Positions 1 to 10,418 of a DNA stretch of 64,000 nt are shown in pieces. The stretch's first letter is position 1; every line of letters starts with the position of its first letter. The position numbers and the translations under genes were made by a program. Under the pieces are notes generated by a model. That model was given only the letters and a program-made list of their open reading frames with translations. It searched no databases and was not told where the DNA came from. The stretch is from Takakia lepidozioides (lineage: Eukaryota > Plantae > Bryophyta): assembly GCA_030704615.1 (NCBI GenBank), contig CM060733.1, forward strand, positions 1,178,001 through 1,242,000, given 5' to 3'.

Positions 1-745
1 CAAAGCAGGACTTCTTCATTCACCAAGCCACTATGAGTTTCAACGAAGTCAACACACTTCTACAACGGGATACAAGCCCATAGAAAGCATTCACTTGACA
101 CTCTGAAATCTGTGTTTTCCTTGACTACAACTTGTAATGGAATGACTGTTCAAGTCCAGTGTCTCTCAATGTATGTCGTCTAACATCTTTGCTATGCGTG
201 GGTCAATGCATTTGTCGCATTGGTCTGTCATTCTGTTTTCATTAGCAAACACAAGAAACTACCTTCAGATAGACAAATGATCAAATCAACCTCGTGTTAA
301 CACGAGGTTTACTTGGAGTTTTCCAAATCCCCCTTGTGCCGACACAAGGTTGATTTTAGTTCTTCGAATCAACCTCGTGTTGACACGATGTTCATATGAA
401 GTTCTCCGAATCAACCTCATGTTGACACGATGTTGATTTTAGTTCCAGGAAAACAACCTCGTGTTAACACAACGTTCATTTCAGTTTTAGGAAATGAAGC
501 TCCTGTTAACAGAAGATTGAACTCCAGGAAAACCCAAAACCCTTCATCCGTTTCACCTTCATGTGGTGATATCAACAGTTGGGGGCCCCACGGTTATAGG
601 CCCACCTTCTTTGTGGTGACGTGGCATGACCTGGACCAGGCTCACGCCACGTCAGCTGCGTGAGCGTAGGCTCACGCCACGTCATCGTTGTGTGAGCGTA
701 CGCTCACACGCTCACGCGCCAGGCTCACGCGGTAGCGTCATTGCC
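1..745 (-). mobile_element. Mutator-like (MULE) DNA transposon, terminus A (TIR GGCAATG... read on minus) plus subterminal region; continues left of the window
   Basis: Ends ...CCAGGCTCACGCGGTAGCGTCATTGCC at 745, matching ...CCAGGCTCACGCGCAAGCATTCCC at 7526. Both ends carry GCTCACGC repeats. Flanks are CGTATCCGA (rc of 746-754) and CGCATCCGA (7527-7535), a 9-bp TSD with one mismatch. Confidence 0.75.
288..476. repeat. Five ~42-bp tandem units, each built on a 22-bp palindrome AACCTCGTGTTAACACGAGGTT
   Basis: Perfect palindrome at 288-309; degenerate copies start near 330, 371, 413 and 455. Confidence 0.9.
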
Positions 746-3700
746 TCGGATACGTTTCCCATTTCTGAGGCACGCACCCAAGATGCCTCCACATGATGAT
801 AGCCCTTCCATTTCACGAGATACTCCGTTTCTCGATTCTTGAACCTCCTCAATTTAAACACTGCCTCCACCTCGTACTCAGGTTCATTTTCATGATCCAA
901 TAGCATAGGTAGCGGACGCAACACTTGATGTCGATTCGGACATGCTTCATCCTTGAAGTAAGGCTTCAAAAGGGAGACGTGGAATACCGGATGTACCTTG
1001 CTGTTTGCCGGCAGCTCCAATTCATACACAATCTCATTCATAACCTTCCGGATGCGAAAGGGTCCCTCATACGGAGGTACGAACTTCGGACTCACTTCCG
1101 GAGGTAGTCGGAAATTCTTGATGTTCAACCAGACCTTCGTGCCTGCCTCAAACTTAACTTCCCTCCGCTTCCGATTCGTCTACCATTCATACCGTTTCCT
1201 AGCTTTGGCAATGTTGTACTTTGCGAGCTTCAACAAACGCTCACGTTCTTCCAGCACCGCTGCTGCTGCCGGTTCCTCAACGTCTTGGGCGGCCCAACTT
1301 GTCGGCACCAGAGGTGCTTTTCCATAGACCAATACGAAAGGGGAAACTCCCGTTGCGGAGTGTTTTGTGTTATTATAACAGAACTCTGTTGCATCCAAGT
1401 GCTCCACCCAGTCCGATTGGTCTGCCGACACGTAATTCCGCAAGATCTGCTTTACCATGGAATTTACCCTTTCCGTTTGGCCGTCCGTCGTAGGTCGGAA
1501 GGCCGTGCTCATCTTGAGCCTCGTCCCCATGTTCTTCCAAAGTACCCTCCAAAACTTACTTGTAAACCGTGGATCGCGGTCCGAGACAATATCATTTCGG
1601 GAGTCCATGATGCTTGAAGACATGGGCGAAGTAAAGTCGCCCCGTCTCCTGTGCCGTTGTCGTCTCCTTGGTGGGGATGAAATGGCCCATTTTACTGAAC
1701 CTATCCACCACCACCATGATCGCATCGAATCATTTTGACAACGGCATAACAGTCATGAAATCCATCGAGACATTTTCCCAGGACCCTTATGGAATCAGCA
1801 AGGGTTGTAACAGTCCCGCTTGCTTTTTGTACTCGCTCCGATTTTGTTGGCATGTGGTGCATGTCTTGACATACTCCTCGGCCTCCTCCCTCAGTTTGGG
1901 CCAGAAATACTCTTTTTCCAAGAGTGCCGCGGTGTGCTTGGCTCCGCCGTGGCCCGCAAGCGGTCCATCATGGCATTCTCTCAGGAGACTATCTCTGATC
2001 CCTCCTTTCGGCACGTAGAGACGCTTTTGCTTGTACCAGAGCAGTCCATTTTGCAAGTAGAACTGCAATTTAACCCTCATCCTCAAGTCCTGCATCACGG
2101 ACTTCGCCATCTCATCCTTCCGGTAAGTCTTCCGGATTTTCCTTTGGAGTGTTGTCTTGCCTCTGTACACCAACATGAGCTGATGCTTTCTACTTAAAGC
2201 ATCGGCCACCACATTGTCCCGTCCCGGTTTGTACTAGATATCCACGTCGAACACTGCCAAAGTGTCTTGCCATCTAAGTTGTTTTGGGGATAACTTAGGT
2301 TGCGTGACAAAATACTGCACAGTGACATTGTCCGTGAACACCGTCACCGGGTTGGAACCAACATAGTGGCGCCAAAGCTCAAGGCAATGCACCACCGCCT
2401 TCATTTCTTTCTCGTGCGTAGGCCACCTTCGCTCCACTTCATTCATTTTCATCTTTCGTAAGCCACTGGATGTCCATCCTGCATAAGCACACCCCCAATT
2501 GTGAAGTCTGACACATCCGTATGAATATCAAATGGACAGTCGAACTCCGGGATTTTTAGGACTGGAGCTTCCGCCATCCGCTACTTCAACTCAACAAAAG
2601 CTTGGCCACAAAAGGTGTTCCATACCCAAACTTTGGACTTACACAGAAGGTCCGACAGTGGCCCCGTGATCTTGGCGAAATTTCTCACATACTTTCGGTA
2701 ATAGGAGGCGAGTCCTAGGAAGGATCGCACTGCCGGGACCGAAGTCGGAGGCTCCCAGTCCAAGATCGCCCTCACCTTTCTGTCATCCATTTTGATCCCA
2801 TCATGTGTAATCACATGCCCTAGAAACTCCACTTTCGTGACCCCGAATTCGCACTTTGAAGCTTTGGCATATAGCTTCCCTTCCCGCAATTTTTGGAACA
2901 CCCTTTTGAGGTGCTCCAGGTGCTCTTCCTTTGTTTTCGAATACACCAAGATGTCGTCGATGTACACGATCACAAAGTCATCCAACCACTCCTGGAAAAG
3001 GCTGTTCAGTAGCGTGCTAAAGGTCGCGGGTGCGTTGGTGAGCCCAAAAGGCATCACCAAGAACTCATACGAACCATATCTTGTCATGCACACGGTCTTC
3101 TCCTCATCTCCTTCCGCCACTCGAATTTGATGGTAGTCAGAGCGCAAATCGATCCGGGGGTGAAAGCATGTTAATGTGTATCACTGACACTCCTGAAAAG
3201 GACTAAATTTTGACTGCTGGCGCGTTACACCGCGTCGCATGGACATGACATGTTGCGATGAAAATGTGATGAAATTTACAGATGATAGTGGGCACCTCGA
3301 CCCCATCCATCAGATGTTCGTACACCCTCTTGTACACCTCCAATTTTGCTCGTACACCGCTAATTTTGAGTTTACGATACTAACTCGACTTCCGTTTGCC
3401 ACCATTTGCTTTCCCCTCATCACATCCAAGCCAGGTTTGGTGTGTTTGATGCCTACTTCAGTGTTGCAGATGCTCGTATAATTTTTAGGAGTTTATTTGA
3501 TATATTTTTAATTTTAAAACAATTTGCAATGAATGATACACTATTTGTAAGAACTCATTTTGGCCTCAAATTCAAAATTAGAGGACCTTGTAGCCATTTC
3601 AAGGACATGGCCTTCTTCTTTTTCAATAGCTAAACACTTTTGGTGAAAGAACTATGTTCAAATTTTGAGGTTTAGTAGTACCAAAGTTTGGTGTCCTAAG

Positions 3701-4786
3701 TAATGCGTACCACGTAGTAAGTAATTCATATGATAATGGGTTTTTCTGGTTTTGCAGGTCTACTGTCCTTTTTGCATTCTTCCATACCTTACATAAGCAC
3801 ATGAAAATCCCTGATAGGACCTTCACATGTTATGAGTGTGAAAATGAGTCCTATTGGACTACAACATTTTGGGACATTTGAACCTTGTGCTATTCAAGAC
3901 TCATTTAGGACCCCTTAAACTTGTCAAATCACAAAACAATTTATATAGGCATGACAAGAACTTCAAGGGCTTTCCAATGATATAATGTGTATGTGGTTTC
4001 ATGAAGAACTCAATATCCTAAATTTGGATAGATTGCGCCATATGTGCTGGAAAACAGTTTGTGACATCTTTTTTGGGTCCTATTAGTGTGCTTTGACCCC
4101 CGGCTGAAATTCTTCGCTCCTGCCAATCAATCGAAGAGGTCGTCGATCCTTGGTAAAGGGTACCGGTTTTTGATAGTCACCTTATTCAGAGCCCTATAAT
4201 CGACACACATCCGTAACGTCCCATCCTTCTTGTCTGCGAATAGCACCGGGGCTCCGTAGGGTGACTTACTCGGCCGGATGTACCCCTTTGACATTAGATC
4301 TTTGAGCTGAGCCTTCAGCTCGACCAACTCTCTGTGGCTCAACCGGTAGGGCGCCTTGGCAGGCGGTTCTGATCCCGGTATCACCTCAATTTTGTGGTCA
4401 ACTCCTCTTCGCGGTGGCAAGCCGCTTGGTAAATCCTCCGACATCACATCCTGGTATTTCTCCAAGATCCCCTTGATCCAATCTGGGCTCGACTCCCTAT
4501 CGCCTTTTCCCTCCACTTGTCTTACGTAAAGCAAAAACTGGGGCTCGTGTGGCTGCTCCACGGCCCACTCCTTTGCTGACAGCAGGTTTATTCGCCCTCC
4601 CACTGGGTTGGGCGTTTCCGACAATCGTAAAACTTCGCCACCATTCCCACACGATAGCATGACTATTCTCTTGTGGCCATCTATGACCGCTCCTGACTTG
4701 CTCAAAAAGGTCATCCCCAAAATGAGATCCACTCCATCGATCTCGCAAATGGTGACGTTCTCACGTCCTTCCCAACTCCCCAGCTG
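746..4786 (-). mobile_element. Ty3/Gypsy chromovirus (Galadriel-like) copy A: inverted pol segment (PR end, RT, RNase H, integrase, chromodomain), pseudogenised and interrupted at 3157-4100
   Basis: [43 protein letters not shown], integrase zinc finger [44 protein letters not shown], chromodomain YEVEAV..YLVKWKGY. Stops and frameshifts present. Confidence 0.92.
3157..4100. mobile_element. Non-autonomous ~945-bp TIR element inserted into the Gypsy RT at a CCGG site
   Basis: Termini GGGGTGAAAGCA ... TGCTTTGACCCC (one mismatch). Removing it restores RT ...GAKNFSR|IDLRSDYHQIR. The AT-rich interior has no credible ORF. Confidence 0.85.
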
Positions 4787-7526
4787 ACATACTGCAATTG
4801 TTATGACACGCTGGTACACAGGGTCGTAAACATGACATATCATTGTGGTCCAGTCTTTAACCCTCTTGACGTGATCGAACATAAGGATCATTCAGGTATA
4901 TGTATCATGTCCTCATACCGGGAAAGTACCTTAGCGATGACCCAGACTTCATCTACTCGTGGGCTGACCCCTCCAATGACAAGATAAAGTACACGGCTGG
5001 TATTGCCAGAGACTGGAGTAGGGCGCACTTCAGAGACTGTGGGTGGTACCTCGATCTGCCAAAACAGGACACACCATTCGATGAAGTTATTTTGAGAAAC
5101 CTTAACGACAACGCCGCGGCACTTGCCCCACTGGCTGACAAAGACATTCAGGACAGAATCATTGCTGCTCTGGCTGCAAAAGAACCTGAGAAATCTGCTA
5201 CTCCAAAACAGAAGGGGAAGATTGTGGGGGATCCGAAGGGGAAGGGGAAGAGTGCAGCTCCGCAGGAACAGGGCCCGTCAGAGGTCGCTGAAAGACAACC
5301 TTCTCCAACTAGGAGGGATAGGAGAACAACAAAGTCGAGGGAGCAGCCTTTCGAGGCGAGAGAACATCCATCCAGGGTTTTGGGCCAGTTCCATCGTAAG
5401 GTGGTGAATGAAAGTTTTCTGGCAATGATGGAATCCAGGAAGTCGACATTCAAAGGGGTGCCCTCGAAATCATGGGACATGCTTGTTTCATTCCTCACTC
5501 AGGTAAGAACATATGTCTTAACTGTTGTGTGATAATTTTGTAGTTTGTCGATGGGATTGATTTCCTGTTGGATCAAGATTGGGCTTGTGACACTGTCTCC
5601 TGTTTTTTGCTGTAGGTCACAAAAAGGTCGGATTGGGTCACAAAAAGTCGGATTGGGTAAATGGTTTCAGCAGGCATACGCGGCTGACATTGTGCGTGCT
5701 GGAATTCTGACGGTTCCTATCCCTGATGTGTTGCCTTCCAATTCAACCCCGCTTGGAAACAAATCGGATTCTCGTTACTGGCAGTGGGCCTTCTCATTCA
5801 GCAACAAATCCTTTCTGAACTCAGGGGATCTTCTTCTCATGGCAGTCAAAGGACATGTCGACACGGAGAACTCTTTTCAGCTACATGAAAGCTTCCGGGT
5901 TTCGTGTCATCAAAACTTGGAAATGCATCAACACTATGCCTAGTACGAAGGGCGAGTTCCCGGGGCAGAAAGTGAGTTGGTTCCTTTGAATTAAAGTTTC
6001 GTGGTTCTGATGTACATGTCAAAAGGTTGGTTTTGTCTTTTGCCTCATGCTCTCTTCGTGATTATTGCCAGACTCGGGGTGTTCAAAGCTTTGTGCTGGG
6101 TGAGGGGCGTAAGGACACTCTTCCTCCTGGTATTGCTGAGTTCAGTTGAGGGACCTTGCAGCTCACATTGACCCCACCCGCGAGCCTGTGGAGGATGATG
6201 TAATCTTCAATTACGTGGACTCGGGTCGAACCACGAAAAGGTCGACTGGTGTCATCCATGTTTTAATGGATGAACTTCTGACGAGGTTGGTTCTTGTGAG
6301 TAGTAAATCATCAAATCTTCCATGGGAGAAATCCCCAGCTTTCATGCAGACTTTGGTGGAGACATGCAGCCGTCACAGGGACGAGTGGTTGACTGTCTAT
6401 GGGAATAGGTGGGGCCCTGAACACTGTGTTTGAAATGTGGGTAGTGAGATTAGGGAAGCCCTGTTTTGATTTCTCGTTCATCTTCGATTTGCAGGAGCAT
6501 CTTTTCATGCGTGCAAAAGCGCCGGAAGGCACTTCTTCGGCATGGAGGCTGATACGGAGCTCTTCTCAAGTGAGCTTCATCAGCTTGGGGGGCACTACTT
6601 CTCTACCACATCCACGGAGGGACTTCTTGAGAGACCCGAAGCACCTGAGAGGATCTCGACGTGGACTCCGATTTTGAGTGTGAGTAAGTTGGCTCTAGTC
6701 GTGCAAAATATGTTGCATTTCATTGTGTCAGGTTTCGACAGATGGTTTGCTTACATTGTCTATTTCTGGATGATAACATCTACCACCATTTCCTCTTCTT
6801 GCTTTCCAGAGTTCGGCAGACATCATCGAATACGCATACACCTTTCGGTTTCCAAGGATACTACATGTCCCCAAGTCCCTAGAGCTTACCGCTTGCGGGT
6901 TACGCGGAAGCTTGCGCACAGGGTGTTGTCCCAACAAACAATGTATTCGCCTTTCCATGGGGGTCGCGGAGAAAAACAAACGTCAAGGGAAGGGGTTGCT
7001 GTGTTCATAGATGATATTGTTGCAGACTCTGGAAGTAGTTCCTCTGAAACCTCCAATAGTTCTTGAGGTTCAAGTACCGAGACTTAATAAAATGTATTTT
7101 GGTTTTGCTTCCATCCCCAAACTGTTTTTCAAGATCTTCGCGCGTTCCCGTAAGTACATTAGGGATTGCCTGGGGTAGGTCCTCAGATTCAGCATTGAAA
7201 AATGTTTGTGGGTTGGAATGAATGAACTACTTTGCCAAAAAAAAAAGTTTGCTGTTAAGATTCAATTCTCTAGCGGGGCGATCTCCTCATTTCACAAATC
7301 ATGTCCTCGATCCTAAACCATCCACAACCTACCATTGTTCTCGGTCGGAAAGAATATTCATGTGGGGGCGATGAAAGGGACATAGGCGACAACTGATCCG
7401 CGGTAATGGGGGGGGGGAGCACAGAATTAGGACCTGCACACGTGGATGATTGCTGATGTGGCGTGAGCCTAGCCAGGCTCACAGGCTTACAAGCTCACGC
7501 GGCCAGGCTCACGCGCAAGCATTCCC
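4787..7526 (+). mobile_element. Mutator-like transposon, internal part and terminus B: ~100-bp transposase fragment (4787-4885, minus) and a spliced cargo gene (plus)
   Basis: [32 protein letters not shown] resembles the MULE transposase core of non-seed plants (recognised from memory). TIR ends CATTCCC at 7526, followed by the 9-bp TSD. Confidence 0.7.
4900..6680 (+). pseudogene. Spliced transposon cargo gene with a C-terminal beta-class N4/N6 DNA methyltransferase-like domain (frameshifted)
   Basis: GT-AG introns at 5503-5615, 5972-6071 and ~6409-6494. Spliced and frame-corrected, the C-terminus reads WEKSPAFMQTLVETCSR..GRVVDCL.GI/GASFHACKSAGRHFFGMEADTELF, matching the motif X-I-II pattern of N6_N4_Mtase. 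Confidence 0.6.
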
Positions 7527-7741
7527 CGCATCCGAGGCGGTTGCAGTTTTTGAAGGGCGACCTCAAAAGCAGAAAGAAGCGTTGATGGGGACATCAACCT
7601 TGGATCGTGGGGGAGGAAATGCTGCTTAGCCCGGCTTAACTAGCTCAAGAATCCGATTGCAAAAATTGTGTGTACAAATTTTGTTATAAATGAAATGGTT
7701 TCAAATATGGGGCATCAATTTTGTTTGGAATGGTGATGCAT

Positions 7742-8451
7742 TGTCGCGCACCTCACTTCGGTAAGCTCCCATTCAAGTCATAGTTACTCGCTTTGATGCG
7801 CGCGCATGACTCCCCACCTGGCCGCCGGGCCAACTTGGAGCTTCGGCTGCTCACCGGGACATCGTCCCCTCGCTCCCCCACTAAACCCTCCACCTATTTG
7901 GGCCTAGTGGAATCCCTTTGGTAGATGGCAGTCCGGAATAGCTCCCCACTCTTTGGTCGCTCGCTCGCTCACTCACTAGTTTTTCACCAACGGGTCTCTC
8001 TCTCGGGGTCACTACTTCCCTTATATATACTTCTGTAGCTGTCCGCGGGGGTTTCACAACCAGCCATGCCATTTTATGGCGAACCACCACGAAAACCCTC
8101 GACTCCCGGTGATGAGTCGCGGTGAGTCTTGGCCCTCTCACCACGGCCCCTATGGACCGTGATGAGTCCCAAGACTCCCCACGACTCCCACCACGAGGTC
8201 TCCGCCCCCATGGTGAGTCCTATGCCCCCCCACTAAGTCCCGCTAAGCTACCACCACACCCCTTGTGGAGCCACCCCCACCGCAACCCGGTGTGCGGGGC
8301 TCCACCTAGTGAGCGCCTCCGCCTCCTTGAGTGCCTTGGGCACTCAAGGGTGCTTCAGCCCCCATACCTATCGCTGCTGCCGCTGCCCCCACCACAGGGG
8401 CAGCCCCTCATGTGTCCCGACCCCCTGCCCTCAAGGCAAAGGGCCGTGACA
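7742..8451 (-). mobile_element. Solo LTR of the same chromovirus family, reverse orientation
   Basis: TG...CA ends; reverse complement of the LTR at 13360-14087; 5-bp TSD TGCAT at 7737-7741 and 8452-8456. Confidence 0.92.
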
Positions 8452-9171
8452 TGCATGGTATGGTTGGCTAGTGTGTAGAATGCATACTAGCTTACAAAAG
8501 TAGGAGAGGTAAATTAGATTAATCGTGTGTTTGCGTGGTGCCGAAATCGGGTGACTCTCATCCAAGGGGTAAAGTAACTTGCGCCTTCTTTGGGAGTTCA
8601 GGTGCTAGTGCGCATCTGGCGCGTGCGCGTACTATAACTGCGCTACCGAGGGGGTTGCCTTGTAGTGCGGGCTAACGCGGAAGCTACGTGCTTCCGTTCA
8701 CGTACTATAATCGTGTAACCTCGGGACGAAGGCGTAGTGCAGGTTCGGCATGTTTCCGTACCTCAGGCCAGCATTCCAAGGCGGACCCAATTGTAGTGAT
8801 TGGGACACACGGTTGGTTCAAGGTTATCTTCCTAGTAAAAAAGGGTTCAAGGTGAACCCTTGCTCAAGGTGATGCCAAAAGCGGCATCATGAGCGGTCGC
8901 AAGCAATGTTGTTGCAGTAAGGCGATTCGATCCTCGGGAGGATCGTTCCTTGGCCTTGAAGTAGGCCAAGAAGAGTGCACTGGGAGGAGCTTGAGAGGCT
9001 CCACCCTTGGCCGAGACTTGGAGGAAGTCGGCCGAACTAGCTAGTGGAGAGTAGAGTCAAGTGGGGGTTTGGTTCTTTGCCATGGGACGCCATGGTACAG
9101 GAACAAACTCCTTGATGTGGGACACCACAACTTGGATGTTCGTTTTTACAAAATGGACAAGTCGATGAGGA

Positions 9172-9945
9172 CCATTGACTCTGCGTTGACCGTTGACTCC
9201 GATTTTGTCCAATGGCAGTTCATGCATTGTTCTACATATATTAGACAATGCATATTGAACTTAGGACCTCCACATTATAACTTTTCTAAGACACTGCACA
9301 CTAACCAACAAATCTACAATACATCCATGTATCACAAAAGTAGTCCAAGTATATATATACATATCAAGAGTTAGCTCTTAGTGACTACCACTATCTCAAT
9401 CCTATCATTGTGGTGCAGATTATGCGTACTCTACAAGAGCTCTCACAGCTGGAACTTGCACCGAGACTTGTCCCCAAAGTTCTTCAAGAACAAATATCTA
9501 TCAATGGCCTAAGTTTTGCAAAGCTGCATTGCAACTTATTGTTGGACAATGACTATAGTCTGAGGATGTCAAGCCCATTATGCTCTACAATCTACTCCCA
9601 GAATCAATTTTCCGCGACGCCCCCAGGACGTTGGGGAATCGCAGCACCGCAGCCCCAGCGAAGGCGGGAAATCGCAAAAAAAAAAAAAAAAAAAAACCAA
9701 ACACGGACCAAACCAAACCGCGACGCCCCCAGTGCGTTGGCGGGGGAATGGGGTCAGGCCCCTTTCCGGCGACGGCATGGCATCGCAAGATGCCACAACG
9801 TCGTCCGAGCGCCGGCGTTACGACGCCCCGACATCGCAAGTCCCGAGCCGGGCGCTTGTGCGACGCTGCAGTCAAAGGGGGTCGGCGCGTCCGGCGCGCC
9901 CGGGGTCCTGGCGTCGCTAACCCCCCCCCCCTAAACGTAGTAGTG
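9172..9945 (-). mobile_element. One-ended CACTA (EnSpm) fragment
   Basis: The right end reads CACTACTACGTTTAGGGG on minus, with GC-rich CGACGCC subterminal repeats at 9610-9920. It replaces ~275 bp (PPT and LTR 5' part) relative to copy B. Confidence 0.7.
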
Positions 9946-10418
9946 TGTGGTGGGAGTCGTGGGTAGTCTTGGGACTCATCACAGTCCAATGGGGCTGTGG
10001 TGGGTGGGCCAAGACTCACCACGACTCATCACCGGGAATCGAGGGTCTTCGTGGTGGTTCGCCATAAAATGATGGTGTTGTTTGTGAAACCCCCGCGGAC
10101 AGTCACAGAAGTATATATAGGGAGTAATAACCTCGAGAACGGTGCAAGCCCGTTGGTGACCAAAAGCTAGTGAGTGAGTGAGCGAGCCGGAAAGTGACCA
10201 AGGAGTGGGGAGCTATTCCGGACTGCCATCTACCAAATGGAATTTCCACTAGGCCCAAATTGGTGGGGGTCTGTTGGAGGAGCAAAGGGGGACCGTTATG
10301 TCCCGGTAAACAGCCGAAGCTCCGAGTTGGCCCGGGCGGCCAGTTGGGGAGTTAGGCGCGCGCATCAAGCGAGTAACTATGACTTGAAGGGGAGCTTACC
10401 GAAGTGAGGTGCGCGACA

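Larger units (their letters stand above)
7527..10418 (+). mobile_element. Chromovirus copy A, 3' part: chromodomain end, ~900-bp 3' region and partial 3' LTR (9946-10418)
   Basis: Colinear with 12397-14087 of copy B. The LTR ends ...GTGCGCGACA at 10418. Confidence 0.9.

Noticed and set aside
288-476. CRISPR array
   Set aside because: The ~20-bp spacers are related to each other, so this is a tandem repeat.
4127-4891. 254-aa ORF as a genuine protein
   Set aside because: It is a chimera across a rearrangement junction (transposase fragment plus Gypsy PR/RT).
7881-10022. GC-rich ORFs in the LTRs and CACTA subterminal repeats
   Set aside because: Low-complexity frames not conserved between LTR copies.
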